Assembly (NCBI GenBank): GCA_003599865.1
Contig: QZKS01000020.1
Coordinates: forward strand, 134,420-198,419
Length of the DNA: 64,000 bases
Reading direction: 5' to 3'
DNA from: Desulfobacteraceae bacterium
GTDB taxonomy: Bacteria; Desulfobacterota; Desulfobacteria; Desulfobacterales; SURF-7
Shown: piece by piece, positions 47,657-58,584 of the stretch
Layout: each line of letters opens with the position of its first letter
Position numbering within the stretch: the first letter of the stretch is position 1
Notes under the pieces: generated by a model
Databases searched by the model: none
What the model saw: only the letters and a program-made list of their open reading frames with translations
What the model was told of the DNA's origin: nothing
Position numbers and translations under genes: made by a program

Positions 47657-48658
47657 TTGGAAACGACAAAATATTTCATTTCATCCATCATTCTTTCTCT
47701 TTTGATTCTCGCTTTTGGTACGGCAGGCTACATGTACATTGAAAACTGGGACTTCCTTGACGCCTTGTACATGACGGTAATTACCGTTACAACAGTCGGT
47801 TTCGGTGAAATCAATCAAATCGGAAAATATGGAAGAATTTTTACCATGCTATTAATATTTTCAGGAGCCGGCTTTTTTCTGTATGTCGGCGGCTTATTCA
47901 TGCAATTCATTGTTGAAGGCAGGGTAAGAGCCATTTTAGGGAGGAGACGTTTGGATAAAAAAATTCATCGATTGAAAAATCATTATATTGTATGCGGATA
48001 CGGCCGAATCGGCAGGGTTTTGTGCGAAAACCTGAAAACAAAACCGGTTGACCTGGTCGTCATTGAAAAGGATGAAGCACATATCCCGGCAATGGAAAGG
48101 GACGATGTCCTTTATATTTGCGGCGATGCCTCTGAAGAAGTATATCTTCAGCAGGCCGGAATTGAAAGAGCGAAAATGCTCGTTGCGGCGCTTGCTACCG
48201 ATACAGACAATGTGTTCCTTGTACTTACCGCCAGACAGATGAACCCCAATATCTTCATCATGGCAAGAGCCAGCAGCAACAAGACAAAATCAAAACTGCT
48301 CGCTGCCGGGGCCAATAAAGTCGAATCTCCTTATGATATTGGTGCCGTCAGCATGGCCCAGAGAATTATACGGCCAACAGTTACCAATTTTCTTGATCTT
48401 GCTTTTGAGCATCAGCGGAAAGATATTAAAATGGAAGAAATTCCTGTCAGCGACTCCTCAAAACTGGCGAATGTTCTCTTAAAGGATTCCGGCATTCGGC
48501 AACAATTAAATCTCATCCTGATCGCAATCAAAAAACAGAACGGTGATATGATGTTCAATCCATCATTCGAGACCGTTATCCGGGCCGGTGATACGGTTAT
48601 CGCTGTTGGCGAAGGCCATAACCTGTTACAGCTTGAAAAAATTCTCAACCCTCAATAA
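47657..48658 (+). CDS. Two-TM potassium channel with an RCK (TrkA-N/TrkA-C) gating domain
   Basis: Pore/selectivity sequence TVTTVGFGE between two TM helices and a Rossmann motif VCGYGRIGR. A TTG start is needed to retain TM1; an in-frame stop lies at 47594-47596. Confidence 0.8.
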   Translation: METTKYFISSIILSLLILAFGTAGYMYIENWDFLDALYMTVITVTTVGFGEINQIGKYGRIFTMLLIFSGAGFFLYVGGLFMQFIVEGRVRAILGRRRLDKKIHRLKNHYIVCGYGRIGRVLCENLKTKPVDLVVIEKDEAHIPAMERDDVLYICGDASEEVYLQQAGIERAKMLVAALATDTDNVFLVLTARQMNPNIFIMARASSNKTKSKLLAAGANKVESPYDIGAVSMAQRIIRPTVTNFLDLAFEHQRKDIKMEEIPVSDSSKLANVLLKDSGIRQQLNLILIAIKKQNGDMMFNPSFETVIRAGDTVIAVGEGHNLLQLEKILNPQ

Positions 48659-48725
48659 CGATCTGCGGAAAAAAACAATAGAAGCAACACACATTCACCG
48701 CAGAAACAGCAACAGCGCGTCGGGA

Positions 48726-49313
48726 TTATATCTTATAAATAACTCGTTTTTCTGTAATAATAATATCTACATATTTATCGTGTGATTCCATCGGAACCTG
48801 TTGAATCAGCTGATCTTCAAATGCCAGAGATACTTTTCTGGCAGTAATCGGCAGTTTTGGGATAAAGTGATCGAAATAGCCCTTTCCGGTTCCAATCCGA
48901 CCGCCTTTTTCATCAAATGCAATCCCGGGAATGATAGCGATATCGATACTGTCAATGGGTACGACCTTGCATCTTTGCGGATCCGGTTCCATATTTCCCA
49001 AAGGTCCTTTAATCAACTCCCGATCCGGATCATCCAGTTTCAGTAATGTCATATCTTTTCTACCGATCTGAAATGACGGCAGCACAACAATTTTATTCAG
49101 CTTAATACTCTGCCTGATAATACCGGACAGATCCATTTCGTTCTCCCGGGAAGATGGCAGAAACGCAATTTTTGATTCCTGAAAATTGGCAAAAGAAAGC
49201 AACCTCTCTTTCAGGACCGCCATTTTATCTGCACGCTCTTTATCCCCATACTTGCCGATTTTTTCAATGATCTCATTCCGTATTTCACATTTCTTTTCCT
49301 TAATATCATCCAT
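48726..49313 (-). CDS. 5-formyltetrahydrofolate cyclo-ligase
   Basis: VVLPS..., the IPGIAFDEKGGRIGTGKGYFD motif, and 195 aa. Confidence 0.8.
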   Translation of the reverse strand: MDDIKEKKCEIRNEIIEKIGKYGDKERADKMAVLKERLLSFANFQESKIAFLPSSRENEMDLSGIIRQSIKLNKIVVLPSFQIGRKDMTLLKLDDPDRELIKGPLGNMEPDPQRCKVVPIDSIDIAIIPGIAFDEKGGRIGTGKGYFDHFIPKLPITARKVSLAFEDQLIQQVPMESHDKYVDIIITEKRVIYKI

Positions 49314-49610
49314 GGAACTCTCCAGTTTAAAATATCCGAATTGTTTCTATTGTGTGCAAACAACAGGTAACCATTTGGAAAATCCTGCTATTTATATTAC
49401 AAATTGAAAATAATATTCCTTATCGAAATCGGCTTGGGTTGTCAACTCGCAACTTGCAATAATTATTGACTAAACAAACTCTGCATGATAGTTTTTAAAT
49501 CTTGCATCTACATCTGTGCAGGACGGGCATTAGGTTAATTTTTTTTTCCGTATCCGTCAGCTCAAAAAAATATTCATACATCATAAAGAACTTCAAAAAT
49601 AGGTACTGTT

Positions 49611-50885
49611 ATGCTGGAAATCAAGTATGTAAGACAAAATATACAGGAAATTCAAACCGCCTTGGCCAATCGAGGGGACTCAGCAGAACTGGAAATCTTT
49701 ATTCAAAGCGATGAAAAGCGGAGGCTGATTCTTCTTGAAACAGAAGAATTGAGGCACCGCAGAAATATGGTATCTGAACAGATCGCTCAAATGAAAAAAA
49801 AGGGGGAGAATGCAGATACGCTTGTGAATGAAATGCGCGAAGTTTCAAATAAAATAAAAGAAATCGAAAAGGATCTGATAATCAACCAGGAAACCGTCAA
49901 TGACATCCTGATTCGTCTGCCCAATATACCCCATTCATCCGTTCCTGTCGGAAAGGATGAGACGGGAAACACCTTATTTAAAAAAATCGGAACCCCTCCG
50001 GAATTTGACTTTCAGCCAGACCCGCACTGGACAATCGGTGAAAAACTGAACATTTTCGACTTTAACCGTGCGGCCAGAATCACAGGCGCTCGTTTTCCAC
50101 TTTATTTTGGTCTTGGTGCCAGGCTGGAAAGGGCGCTTATTAACTTCATGCTGGATATCCATATTTATGAACACGGGTATACGGAAATTCTTCCGCCGTT
50201 CATTGTTAACCGGAAAACTATGACCGGTACAGGACAACTGCCCAAATTCGAAGCAGATCTTTTTAAACTTGAAAATTACGATTATTTCCTGATCCCTACC
50301 GCGGAAGTTCCGGTCACCAACATTCACGCCACCGAAATAATCGAGGCGGATCTTCTCCCGATAAAATATGTTGCCTACACACCCTGTTTCCGTTCAGAGG
50401 CCGGGTCTTATGGGAAAGACACAAGAGGGCTTATTCGGCAGCACCAGTTTAACAAGGTCGAGCTGGTAAAATTCACAAAACCGGAAACATCCTACAATGA
50501 ACTTGAATCCCTGCTGGATAACGCCGAAACCATTCTCAAAAGGTTGAAACTGTCCTATCAGGTCATCACACTCTGTACAGGTGACCTTGGTTTCTCATCC
50601 GCCAAAACATATGATATCGAAGTCTGGATGCCGGCACAGGGCGTGTATAGGGAAATATCCTCCTGCAGCAACTTTGAAAGCTTTCAAGCCCGCAGAAGCG
50701 ATATCAGATACCGTGAAAAAAACAAAAAAGGAACCGAACTGGTTCATACCCTGAATGGATCCGGTTTGGCCGTAGGCAGAACTGTAGCTGCCATTCTTGA
50801 AAATTATCAACAGGCCGACGGATCGGTTATCATCCCGGAAGCCTTGAGGCCCTATATGGGAGGAGTTGAAAAAATAGAACCATGA
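49611..50885 (+). CDS. serS: Serine--tRNA ligase
   Basis: N-terminal coiled-coil arm and class II motifs ([16 protein letters not shown]). 424 aa. Confidence 0.95.
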   Translation: MLEIKYVRQNIQEIQTALANRGDSAELEIFIQSDEKRRLILLETEELRHRRNMVSEQIAQMKKKGENADTLVNEMREVSNKIKEIEKDLIINQETVNDILIRLPNIPHSSVPVGKDETGNTLFKKIGTPPEFDFQPDPHWTIGEKLNIFDFNRAARITGARFPLYFGLGARLERALINFMLDIHIYEHGYTEILPPFIVNRKTMTGTGQLPKFEADLFKLENYDYFLIPTAEVPVTNIHATEIIEADLLPIKYVAYTPCFRSEAGSYGKDTRGLIRQHQFNKVELVKFTKPETSYNELESLLDNAETILKRLKLSYQVITLCTGDLGFSSAKTYDIEVWMPAQGVYREISSCSNFESFQARRSDIRYREKNKKGTELVHTLNGSGLAVGRTVAAILENYQQADGSVIIPEALRPYMGGVEKIEP

Positions 50886-52384
50886 ACCTTGATAAATTCC
50901 CCTCGGAAATACGATCCAATATTATCCCCAAAGTTCAGGGATGCATGATATATCGGTGTCTCAATTGCAACAATGAATTCCCAATTGATGAGCTTCTCTA
51001 TGTTTGCCCGGATTGCGGTCAGGTGTTATTGATTCATGATACTGATTTCGAAAAACTGAAAACAATTTCCGGGAAAACCTGGCAACTTATTTTTGACTAT
51101 AGAAGAATGCTTAAAATACCTTCGCTTAAGGGCATCTATCTCTATCACGAGTTTATCGGCCCTGTCATTCCGTTGGATGATATTATCTATCTTGGTGAAG
51201 GCCATACGCCGATGATTGAGGCCAATGCAACACTGCAGGAGCTGGCGGGTATTCGATTTTACTATAAAAATGATGGCCAGAATCCCAGTGCATCATTCAA
51301 GGACAGGGGGATGGCCAGTGCACTGAGCTATATTAACTATCTTCTGAAAAAAGGATCCGTCGACAACATTCTGGCGATCTGTGCTTCCACGGGTGATACC
51401 TCTGCCGCAGCTGCATTGTATGCATCCTATATGAAACCCAAAGTCAAATCCGCCGTTCTTCTTCCGCATAAAAAAGTCACACCGCAACAGCTTTCTCAAC
51501 CCTTGGGAAGCGGGGCAGATGTGTTCGAAATTCCAGGTGTATTTGATGACTGCATGAAAGTTGTGGAAGCCCTTTCCGAACAGTACAACGTAGCTCTCCT
51601 GAATTCTAAGAATGCCTGGAGAATACTGGGCCAGGAATCATACTCATTCGAAATCGCACAGGATTTTGATTACAAACTTCAAGATACGGTTATCGTGGTC
51701 CCCATTGGAAATGCCGGTAATATTACAGCTGTGATCAATGGATTCTTAAAATTCCATGAGGCAGGAATCATCAACACCCTTCCCAAAATTATCGGCGTTC
51801 AATCGCATCATGCCAATCCGGTCTATCGCTATTATCTTGAGCCGGATGAAACCAAACGAAAATTTGTTCCGGTAACGGTAAAACCAAGCGTTGCCCAGGC
51901 AGCCATGATCGGAAATCCGGTTTCCATGCCCCGCGTCATCAGCCTTGTCAAAAACTATAACCTGAGAAGCGGTTTTCAAAACGTCTTTTTCATTGAAGTA
52001 ACGGAACAGGACATCATGGATTGGGAGCTGACAGCGAATCGAAACGGACATATTGCCTGTACCCATGGTGGTGAAACCCTTGCCGGACTGGTTACAGCTA
52101 AAAAACAAGGAATTGTCGGTTCAGATGAAATTGCAGTCATCGATTCAACTGCACATGCCTTAAAATTTTCCGGATTTCAGGATATGTATTTTGAGAACCG
52201 GTTCCCCCCTGAATTCGGTATTACACCTAAACCGGAGCTGATGAACGCGCCGACGCTTATCCATCCTGATGATCTTGATGAAGTGCCGGCACCAGGTAAA
52301 CCACTGACCGGAGATTCCTTTAATCGTTTTGTATCAAGTATCTCCCAGGAAATCGCAAAAAAATTGAACCTTGAAAAAAAATAA
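50882..52384 (+). CDS. thrC: Threonine synthase with an N-terminal zinc ribbon
   Basis: CLNCNN...CPDCG ribbon and the PLP-lysine motif [12 protein letters not shown]. An ATGA overlap joins it to serS. Confidence 0.85.
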   Translation: MNLDKFPSEIRSNIIPKVQGCMIYRCLNCNNEFPIDELLYVCPDCGQVLLIHDTDFEKLKTISGKTWQLIFDYRRMLKIPSLKGIYLYHEFIGPVIPLDDIIYLGEGHTPMIEANATLQELAGIRFYYKNDGQNPSASFKDRGMASALSYINYLLKKGSVDNILAICASTGDTSAAAALYASYMKPKVKSAVLLPHKKVTPQQLSQPLGSGADVFEIPGVFDDCMKVVEALSEQYNVALLNSKNAWRILGQESYSFEIAQDFDYKLQDTVIVVPIGNAGNITAVINGFLKFHEAGIINTLPKIIGVQSHHANPVYRYYLEPDETKRKFVPVTVKPSVAQAAMIGNPVSMPRVISLVKNYNLRSGFQNVFFIEVTEQDIMDWELTANRNGHIACTHGGETLAGLVTAKKQGIVGSDEIAVIDSTAHALKFSGFQDMYFENRFPPEFGITPKPELMNAPTLIHPDDLDEVPAPGKPLTGDSFNRFVSSISQEIAKKLNLEKK

Positions 52385-52445
52385 ACCACAACAATCGAAT
52401 CATAACAAGATACTTGAAAATCTATCAAATCAAATAAGAGGCAAG

Positions 52446-53201
52446 ATGAAAAAGATTACGATTGGCAATCTACTTTGTATCCTGATAATTATCATACTGA
52501 TGGCCTGTGCGACATCAAAGGAGGATGTGCGGCGCAAGGAAAAAGCCGAAGCGCTGCGAAAACTGGGTGAGGCATATATGGCCGAAAACAAAACTGCCCC
52601 TGCCTTTCGAAAACTGAAAGAAGCAGAAGAACTTGATCCGGATGATCCATATACTCATTTTGCCTTGGGAATTTTTTATTTCAATAAAGGCAAATACGAT
52701 CTGGCCATCAAACGTTACCAGCGGTGCATGGAAATAAAACCGGACTTTGCTTCGGTTCGAAATAATATCGGTCTGGCTTATCTTCAGAAAGGGGACTATG
52801 ATAAAGCTATCGAAAATTTTAAAGAACTGACCGATAATTACGTATATGCAACCCCCCACTATCCACTTGCCAATATGGGGCAGGCCTACTACTATAAGAA
52901 TGATTTCCCTCTTGCGGAAAAGTATTTAAAAGAAGCGCTTGATCTGGAACCCCGGTTTCTTATCGCCCTTCACTGGCTTGGACGCACACAACTTGCCATG
53001 GGTAAAACATCTGACTCCATCCAAACCCTTGAAAAGGCCGTTCAACTAAATGGTTCCGTTCCGGAAATCTATTTTGATTTGGGAAAAGCCTATCAGGCCA
53101 TCGGGAATAAAAATAAATCAAAAAATGCTTATCAACGGGTTATTGATATAAATCCAGAGGGGATATTGGCTGATCAGGCCAAGATACAAATCAACAATTA
53201 G
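52446..53201 (+). CDS. TPR-repeat outer-membrane lipoprotein, PilF/PilW/Tgl-like candidate secretin pilotin
   Basis: The start lies 5 nt after AAGAGG. It has the lipobox L-M-A-C and about six TPR repeats. It is convergent with pilQ. Confidence 0.6.
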   Translation: MKKITIGNLLCILIIIILMACATSKEDVRRKEKAEALRKLGEAYMAENKTAPAFRKLKEAEELDPDDPYTHFALGIFYFNKGKYDLAIKRYQRCMEIKPDFASVRNNIGLAYLQKGDYDKAIENFKELTDNYVYATPHYPLANMGQAYYYKNDFPLAEKYLKEALDLEPRFLIALHWLGRTQLAMGKTSDSIQTLEKAVQLNGSVPEIYFDLGKAYQAIGNKNKSKNAYQRVIDINPEGILADQAKIQINN

Positions 53202-53451
53202 ATATTCTATTGAATGGATGAAATTCATTCATCGTTAATCGCTATCTGGGGAATTTCCAGTGTTTGCATATTGGGACTTCTTTATATAACCGCAAAATAA
53301 AATCCGTTCTCGGTTTATTTACGGTTAAAACCATCACAAGGGGAGGAGTCATTAATAATAGACATGACATCCATGCACGCATTGTAAACAGGCAACATAT
53401 CCATATTTCATATGTCCTTCTTGCATAAGGTTCTTTCGTAACAAACAACAT

Positions 53452-53505
53452 AAAAAAACGTCCAGCCAATAATCAATATCATGACTATCGACTGAACGTT
53501 TTTTT
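53452..53505. terminator. Bidirectional composite hairpin between the convergent TPR lipoprotein gene and pilQ
   Basis: A7-CGTCCAG...CTGAACG-T7: an outer 8 bp stem including one wobble, and an inner 7 bp stem (ATAATCA/TGACTAT with one wobble). A-runs and T-runs flank it on both sides. Confidence 0.55.
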
Positions 53506-53519
53506 AGTTTATCATCAAA

Positions 53520-56500
53520 TTATAGCCTTGACTCCAAATGGACTATTTTCGGTGTTATGAAAATCAATAACTCATTTTTCTGGGTCGAGTTGTTTCTGCT
53601 TTTAAACAGCCAGCCCAATACCGGTATATCGGCAAGCATCGGGAAGCGTCTTTCTCCTTGCGCAATGTTTGTTTTCAGGATCCCACCAATAACGATTGTG
53701 TCACCATCATTTACGAGAAGCTCTGTTTTGGCCTCATTGGTTGAAAGAGACGGAACCCCACCAGTTATGGAATCAATATCATTCTTGGTAATATTGATAT
53801 TCAGGTTTATCCGGTTATCCGGTGTAACATGCGGTTTTACTTTCAGTTCAAGATCAATGTCCTTGAATTTTGTCGTAGATAGACCGGAAGAATCCCTTTC
53901 CAGATATGGATACTCAATTCCCTGGGCAATCGTCGCTTCCTTGTTATCCAGGGTAACGATTTTGGGTGTGGAAATAATCTTTCCTTCACCTGCAGCCTCA
54001 ACTGCCTGGAGTTCAGCATTCAATGAAAAATTAGTCCCGGCAAGCCTGGAGAATTGGTACCCGATTGAGCCGGAATTAGCGGCTGGCGGATGATTCATCG
54101 CCATCGTATAGGTCTGGCTGTCATTACCATTAATATCAGGGCCGGCCGTAATTCCCCACTGGGTGCCGATATCCCTTGAAAAATTCTCGCTCACTTCAAC
54201 AATCCGTGCTTCTATCACAACCTGTGGGGTAACTTTGTCAATACTTCTTATAATTTCTTTTGCCTGAGCAATTTTTTCCACAGTATCGGTCATGATAATC
54301 TGATTATTTCTCGCATCAACACCGATTTGACCTCTTTTGGTTGTTTTAATCTGATCAAGACGCGGTTTGATATCTGCATTTGCATCCGCATAGTTAATGG
54401 GTATATATTCCGTAACAAGGGGCTCGAGTGCTTTTTGCTGCTCTTGAATGGATTGCGCTGCTTTTAACTCGTCAGAACGAATCTTTTCTTCTTTTCGAAG
54501 GGTACTGATGGTTACGATCCTGACAATATCACCTTCTGAAATCTGACCAAGTTGATTCATTTTCAAAATAAGATCGAGGACCTGATCCCACGGTATCGGT
54601 TTCACCAAGGTTAGTGTAACACTGCCGTTTACATCCTTGTCAATCGCGAAATTCTTGCCGCTCACGTCTCGGAGTATACGCAATACATTTTTTATATCGG
54701 TCTGATAAAAATCTAAAGCTATTTTTTCACCCGTATATCTTCTATGGGCGGCTTTCTTTTTCTTTTCCTCAACCGGTTCCGCATCTTCTTCTGCGAGCTC
54801 CGGCAAGATCTTTTCGTCTACCTTAAGATCTTCAGCATCTGCCATGCCAACAGGCATTTTTTCCGATACGATTTCAATAGGTGCAGGCATTGGTTCTACT
54901 GTTGCAATCACAGGTGCTTCCGGGGATTCTCCTTTATCGACTGCCTGTCTATCTTGAACAGCCATATCTTGTTCCGACAGAGATTCTGTCTCCGAAGATT
55001 CAATAGCTGCTGGTCCTGGAGGAGTTGAGGGTTCTGTTTTTGCGATCATTTTTTCCGCCTCTAATGCCGCTTCTTCCATTACTTTTTCCCAAGGCGGAAG
55101 ACCAGCCTTCTCCAAAGACTGGGGAGGAATCGTCGAGGCTTCAAATTGAATTTCAATCTCGTTCTCTTTATTTTCAACTGTAAAAGGAACTGATTCCCGC
55201 AACTCAATTAATATTTTTGAATTATTTTTCATTCCTGCTGTTTGGATCGGAATGATCCGGTTTACAGCACTTTCAAAACGAGTTGTAATCAAAGGCCGTT
55301 GACGATAGCTTAGAATTTTTGTATTAAAAAGATCCAGCGATAATTTGACTCCTCCATTTTTATCGAGATTATATTTCACAGGTCGTGTTGTACCAATAAT
55401 AATACTCGATTTTCCCTCATCTCCGCTAAGAAAATCTATTCGATTAACCAATGCCGTTTTTACTGATACTGATTCAGCAGGCTGGATTGACTCTGCCTCA
55501 ATAACCGAAGAAGCATCAGGAGAACTCTCCGAAACGACGGGTTCAACAACCGATATTTTTTCCGACGTTTCAATAACAGTTGATTCGACTGCGACCTGTT
55601 TCTGAGCCTTCTCTTCTTCAACAATAATTGGTTCCGCCGGAATTTTTTCCGGTTCGGGGCCTGCAGTTTCCATCTTTGGTGATACTTTTTCAGGTTCGAT
55701 GGAATCGGCTATCATTACAATCAAACCATTCTCCGATGGTTCTACGGTATAAGATGATAAATACGCTTTATCCGTATCCAAAACGACCCGGAGACGTTCC
55801 GGATAAGCAAAATGCCGAATCTTTTTTACCCATTTGCTGTCTACTGCTACTGTCTGCTGTTTTTTAAAATCACTTTTTACATTATTTAAATCGAGCACAA
55901 TTCTCGGTGGATCTGCAAGGGCAAAGGCTTTATACTCATTGATCATATGATCGCTACGGATCAGAACACTTACACCGTCATCAGCATTTACCGCACTAAT
56001 CTCTCGAAAATTATTAATACCATCATCGACAGCCACTGTTGCTTGCGGTAATGGAGCTTCCGGGGTTTCACCTGTGATTATAGTTGTTTCAGCGATTGGT
56101 GTGGATATGACTGGCACCTCCTCTGCAACCGGAGCTACAACAGATTCTTCAATGTTCGCGCTGGATTCAGCCGTTTCAGATGTAACGGCTTTTTCTTCAA
56201 CAAACTGGGAATCCTGAATTGGTCGTTGCTGGTCTTCCGAATCGGACTGTCCCATTTCTTTTGTTTGTTCCTGTTGGTTCAGGCTAAAAGAAATGGTTAG
56301 GCCATTTCCATTTCTATTAATGATCGGTTCGGAATCTGTTTTCAATGAAATTGTAACCTTTGAAGGACCATTCTCGATCAGTTCGACAGCTTTAATAGAA
56401 GCGACTATATCGCTTTCAGCCTGGTACTCTCGTTTGGCAATCCCAAGAGATGTTTCAGGGAAATACAATACCAGACCTAATGGAAGTGGCTGTTTTACGG

Positions 56501-56735
56501 CGGTATAAGTTAACAGCTGATTCCCCTTAATGGATACGGTTACAGGATCTTTTCCATCCTCTATAACAATGTCAGTAATAAGCTTGTTTTCAGTTTCAAC
56601 ATTCTGCGTGCTTCCTTCAACAGTGTCTATTTTGGATGCCTTGTTGGTAGCACATGCTGAAAGGAAAAGAAAAACTGAAACAGCCACTCCGATGAAAATG
56701 ATCTTCCGAAACTTTTTTCTCTCTTGATAAAACAT
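53520..56735 (-). CDS. pilQ: Type IV pilus secretin PilQ, long form with three AMIN-like domains and acidic/Pro-rich linkers
   Basis: C-terminal secretin domain (...VLGWLFKSRNNSTQKNELLIFITPKIV). Three N-terminal AMIN-like beta modules are separated by E/P/S/V-rich low-complexity regions. The N-terminal lipobox is F-L-S-A-C. 1071 aa. Confidence 0.9.
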   Translation of the reverse strand: MFYQERKKFRKIIFIGVAVSVFLFLSACATNKASKIDTVEGSTQNVETENKLITDIVIEDGKDPVTVSIKGNQLLTYTAVKQPLPLGLVLYFPETSLGIAKREYQAESDIVASIKAVELIENGPSKVTISLKTDSEPIINRNGNGLTISFSLNQQEQTKEMGQSDSEDQQRPIQDSQFVEEKAVTSETAESSANIEESVVAPVAEEVPVISTPIAETTIITGETPEAPLPQATVAVDDGINNFREISAVNADDGVSVLIRSDHMINEYKAFALADPPRIVLDLNNVKSDFKKQQTVAVDSKWVKKIRHFAYPERLRVVLDTDKAYLSSYTVEPSENGLIVMIADSIEPEKVSPKMETAGPEPEKIPAEPIIVEEEKAQKQVAVESTVIETSEKISVVEPVVSESSPDASSVIEAESIQPAESVSVKTALVNRIDFLSGDEGKSSIIIGTTRPVKYNLDKNGGVKLSLDLFNTKILSYRQRPLITTRFESAVNRIIPIQTAGMKNNSKILIELRESVPFTVENKENEIEIQFEASTIPPQSLEKAGLPPWEKVMEEAALEAEKMIAKTEPSTPPGPAAIESSETESLSEQDMAVQDRQAVDKGESPEAPVIATVEPMPAPIEIVSEKMPVGMADAEDLKVDEKILPELAEEDAEPVEEKKKKAAHRRYTGEKIALDFYQTDIKNVLRILRDVSGKNFAIDKDVNGSVTLTLVKPIPWDQVLDLILKMNQLGQISEGDIVRIVTISTLRKEEKIRSDELKAAQSIQEQQKALEPLVTEYIPINYADANADIKPRLDQIKTTKRGQIGVDARNNQIIMTDTVEKIAQAKEIIRSIDKVTPQVVIEARIVEVSENFSRDIGTQWGITAGPDINGNDSQTYTMAMNHPPAANSGSIGYQFSRLAGTNFSLNAELQAVEAAGEGKIISTPKIVTLDNKEATIAQGIEYPYLERDSSGLSTTKFKDIDLELKVKPHVTPDNRINLNINITKNDIDSITGGVPSLSTNEAKTELLVNDGDTIVIGGILKTNIAQGERRFPMLADIPVLGWLFKSRNNSTQKNELLIFITPKIVHLESRL

Positions 56736-56739
56736 TTTG

Positions 56740-57372
56740 CTATTCTCCAGCAGGTTTCTGAAGTTTAAGTTCTCTTTTACGAAGGGAAATTTTACCCAAT
56801 ATATTTTCTACTTCTTCCTCAACAATAATCCTGTCACTAAGTATCTCAACAACTCTTCCTGACGATATCCCCATATAGGTTCCAACGGTTACTACATATC
56901 CTTTTCCATTCATCTCTGAGACCATTGCCCGGTTACCGCTTGGGGCAAGGATTACGCCCAGCAATTTCAATTGACTCAAATCCACCTTCTCTAACGGTGT
57001 CAGATGTGCCCGCCGTTTTTTCTTTGTCTCCGTTTCCGTTGCACTCGTCACCTGTTCTTCTTTAAACAGCGGAATAAAAGGATCAATTCTTCCGACAGGG
57101 TTATACCGATCCACAGCGACCGCATTTTCACCTGCTTCAGCGTCAGAAACTTCCCCCGCTGCCGGCTTTTTATCGATCTTGTCGTCAGCAGGCTTCTTAT
57201 TGTCCGGCAAAGCAATTTTTGAACTTGGAATCTTGTTTGCCTTTGGAATCACATTTTTTGCAACCAAATCTTGTTGTGGAGAATCTCCCTTGTTGTTGCA
57301 TCCTGACCCAAATAAAGGAATGAGGCATATCAAGCAAACAAGAAACGGGAATTTTAGAAAATTATTTTTCAT
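56740..57372 (-). CDS. pilP: Type IV pilus assembly lipoprotein PilP
   Basis: Signal peptide ending GSGC, a low-complexity linker and a C-terminal beta domain. It lies between pilO and pilQ. Confidence 0.8.
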   Translation of the reverse strand: MKNNFLKFPFLVCLICLIPLFGSGCNNKGDSPQQDLVAKNVIPKANKIPSSKIALPDNKKPADDKIDKKPAAGEVSDAEAGENAVAVDRYNPVGRIDPFIPLFKEEQVTSATETETKKKRRAHLTPLEKVDLSQLKLLGVILAPSGNRAMVSEMNGKGYVVTVGTYMGISSGRVVEILSDRIIVEEEVENILGKISLRKRELKLQKPAGE

Positions 57373-57374
57373 GG

Positions 57375-58010
57375 TTACCGTCTTCTTCCCTTTTTTGTCT
57401 TTTTCGTTTTCGTTGTTTCTGTTTCATCCACAAACCTGTAGGTAACCGCCTTACAGGAAATATTCAATTCCGACCCTTTGCCGCTTGATATCTTGATATC
57501 ACGAATATTCACAATACGCGACAATGCTCCCACCTTGTCAAAAAACATCGCCAGATTATGATAGTTACCGATCACATTGATCGAAACCGGTATCTCTGCA
57601 TAAAACCCCTTGCGGACTTCTGCGTTGGGTTTGAATAGCAGAAAATCCAGCCCTGCATCTCGACCTGCCTGAGAAATACTTGTTAATAAGGATGGAATAT
57701 CCTCTTTTTCCGGTAGGGTTTTTTTAACAATTTGAAATTGCACCTTGGCTTCTTCCATTTTTTTCTTTAATCCCGGGAGAAGAAGGGCTTTTTTCCTTGT
57801 TGCCTGCAACTGCTGAGTAAGCTTTTCATACTGATCGCTCAACTCATTAATTTTTTCCTGCTTAGGAAGATACAAAGTATAGGCATAAACCGCCACTAAA
57901 ACAAAAATAGATCCACAGTATATGAGATATCGCTGAACTTTCGTCAATTCTCCGATCTTATCGATCAGCGGTTCAATCTTTGCATGAAAAGATTCTTTTA
58001 TATTATCCAT
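57375..58010 (-). CDS. pilO: Type IV pilus assembly protein PilO
   Basis: N-terminal TM helix, a coiled coil and a ferredoxin-like C-domain, in the expected gene-order position. Confidence 0.8.
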   Translation of the reverse strand: MDNIKESFHAKIEPLIDKIGELTKVQRYLIYCGSIFVLVAVYAYTLYLPKQEKINELSDQYEKLTQQLQATRKKALLLPGLKKKMEEAKVQFQIVKKTLPEKEDIPSLLTSISQAGRDAGLDFLLFKPNAEVRKGFYAEIPVSINVIGNYHNLAMFFDKVGALSRIVNIRDIKISSGKGSELNISCKAVTYRFVDETETTKTKKTKKGRRR

Positions 58011-58584
58011 TCTTTTTTACCTTGCCTTTTGTAGATTGACTAGGCTGCGCCCTGATACATGTAATGGTAAAACTTTTCACTCTTTGCTTTTGGGACATTT
58101 TATGAGTTATGGCATGAAGTTGGACCTTGGTGAAAAATTCCGAGCTTTCAAGCCTCTTCATAAAATCTGCAGTTGTCTTGTTATCAAGTGCTGTTCCCGT
58201 GAGTTTCACCGATGTATCTGTTACGGTCATATTGCTTAACCACATCCTGTTTGGAACAATCAGTTCGCTTATGGATTCAAGTAGCTTGACAGGTCCCCTT
58301 CTGTTTGTATCCAATCTTTTCATCACATCTGTTCGTTTCTCCAAATTGTCCAATGTTTTTTTAATTTGATCGACTTCCTGAGCCTGTTTCTTGTATTTGG
58401 AAAGCTCCAGTGATGTGTTACTGATTTTTTCATCCAATACGCTGATCTTGCTGATCAGGCTTATCTGAAGATATCCCATAACAAGAACAACAAAAACCAA
58501 TGACAACAGGAACAAAGAAACCTGACGACGAATGTTTTCACTTTTTCTTGCTGCACGAAAAGGCAGTAGGTTAATTCGTATCAT
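58003..58584 (-). CDS. pilN: Type IV pilus assembly protein PilN
   Basis: Conserved N-terminus MIRINLLPFR, a single TM helix and a coiled coil. Confidence 0.85.
   Translation of the reverse strand: MIRINLLPFRAARKSENIRRQVSLFLLSLVFVVLVMGYLQISLISKISVLDEKISNTSLELSKYKKQAQEVDQIKKTLDNLEKRTDVMKRLDTNRRGPVKLLESISELIVPNRMWLSNMTVTDTSVKLTGTALDNKTTADFMKRLESSEFFTKVQLHAITHKMSQKQRVKSFTITCIRAQPSQSTKGKVKKNG

Noticed and set aside
47482-47691. 69-aa minus-strand ORF in the gap upstream of the K+ channel
   Set aside because: It overlaps the channel start by 35 nt, and it has no RBS and no recognisable motif.
53242-53469. 75-aa minus-strand ORF between the TPR lipoprotein gene and pilQ
   Set aside because: It lies in a convergent terminator region, has Cys/Met/Phe-rich odd composition, has no RBS, and overlaps the composite hairpin.
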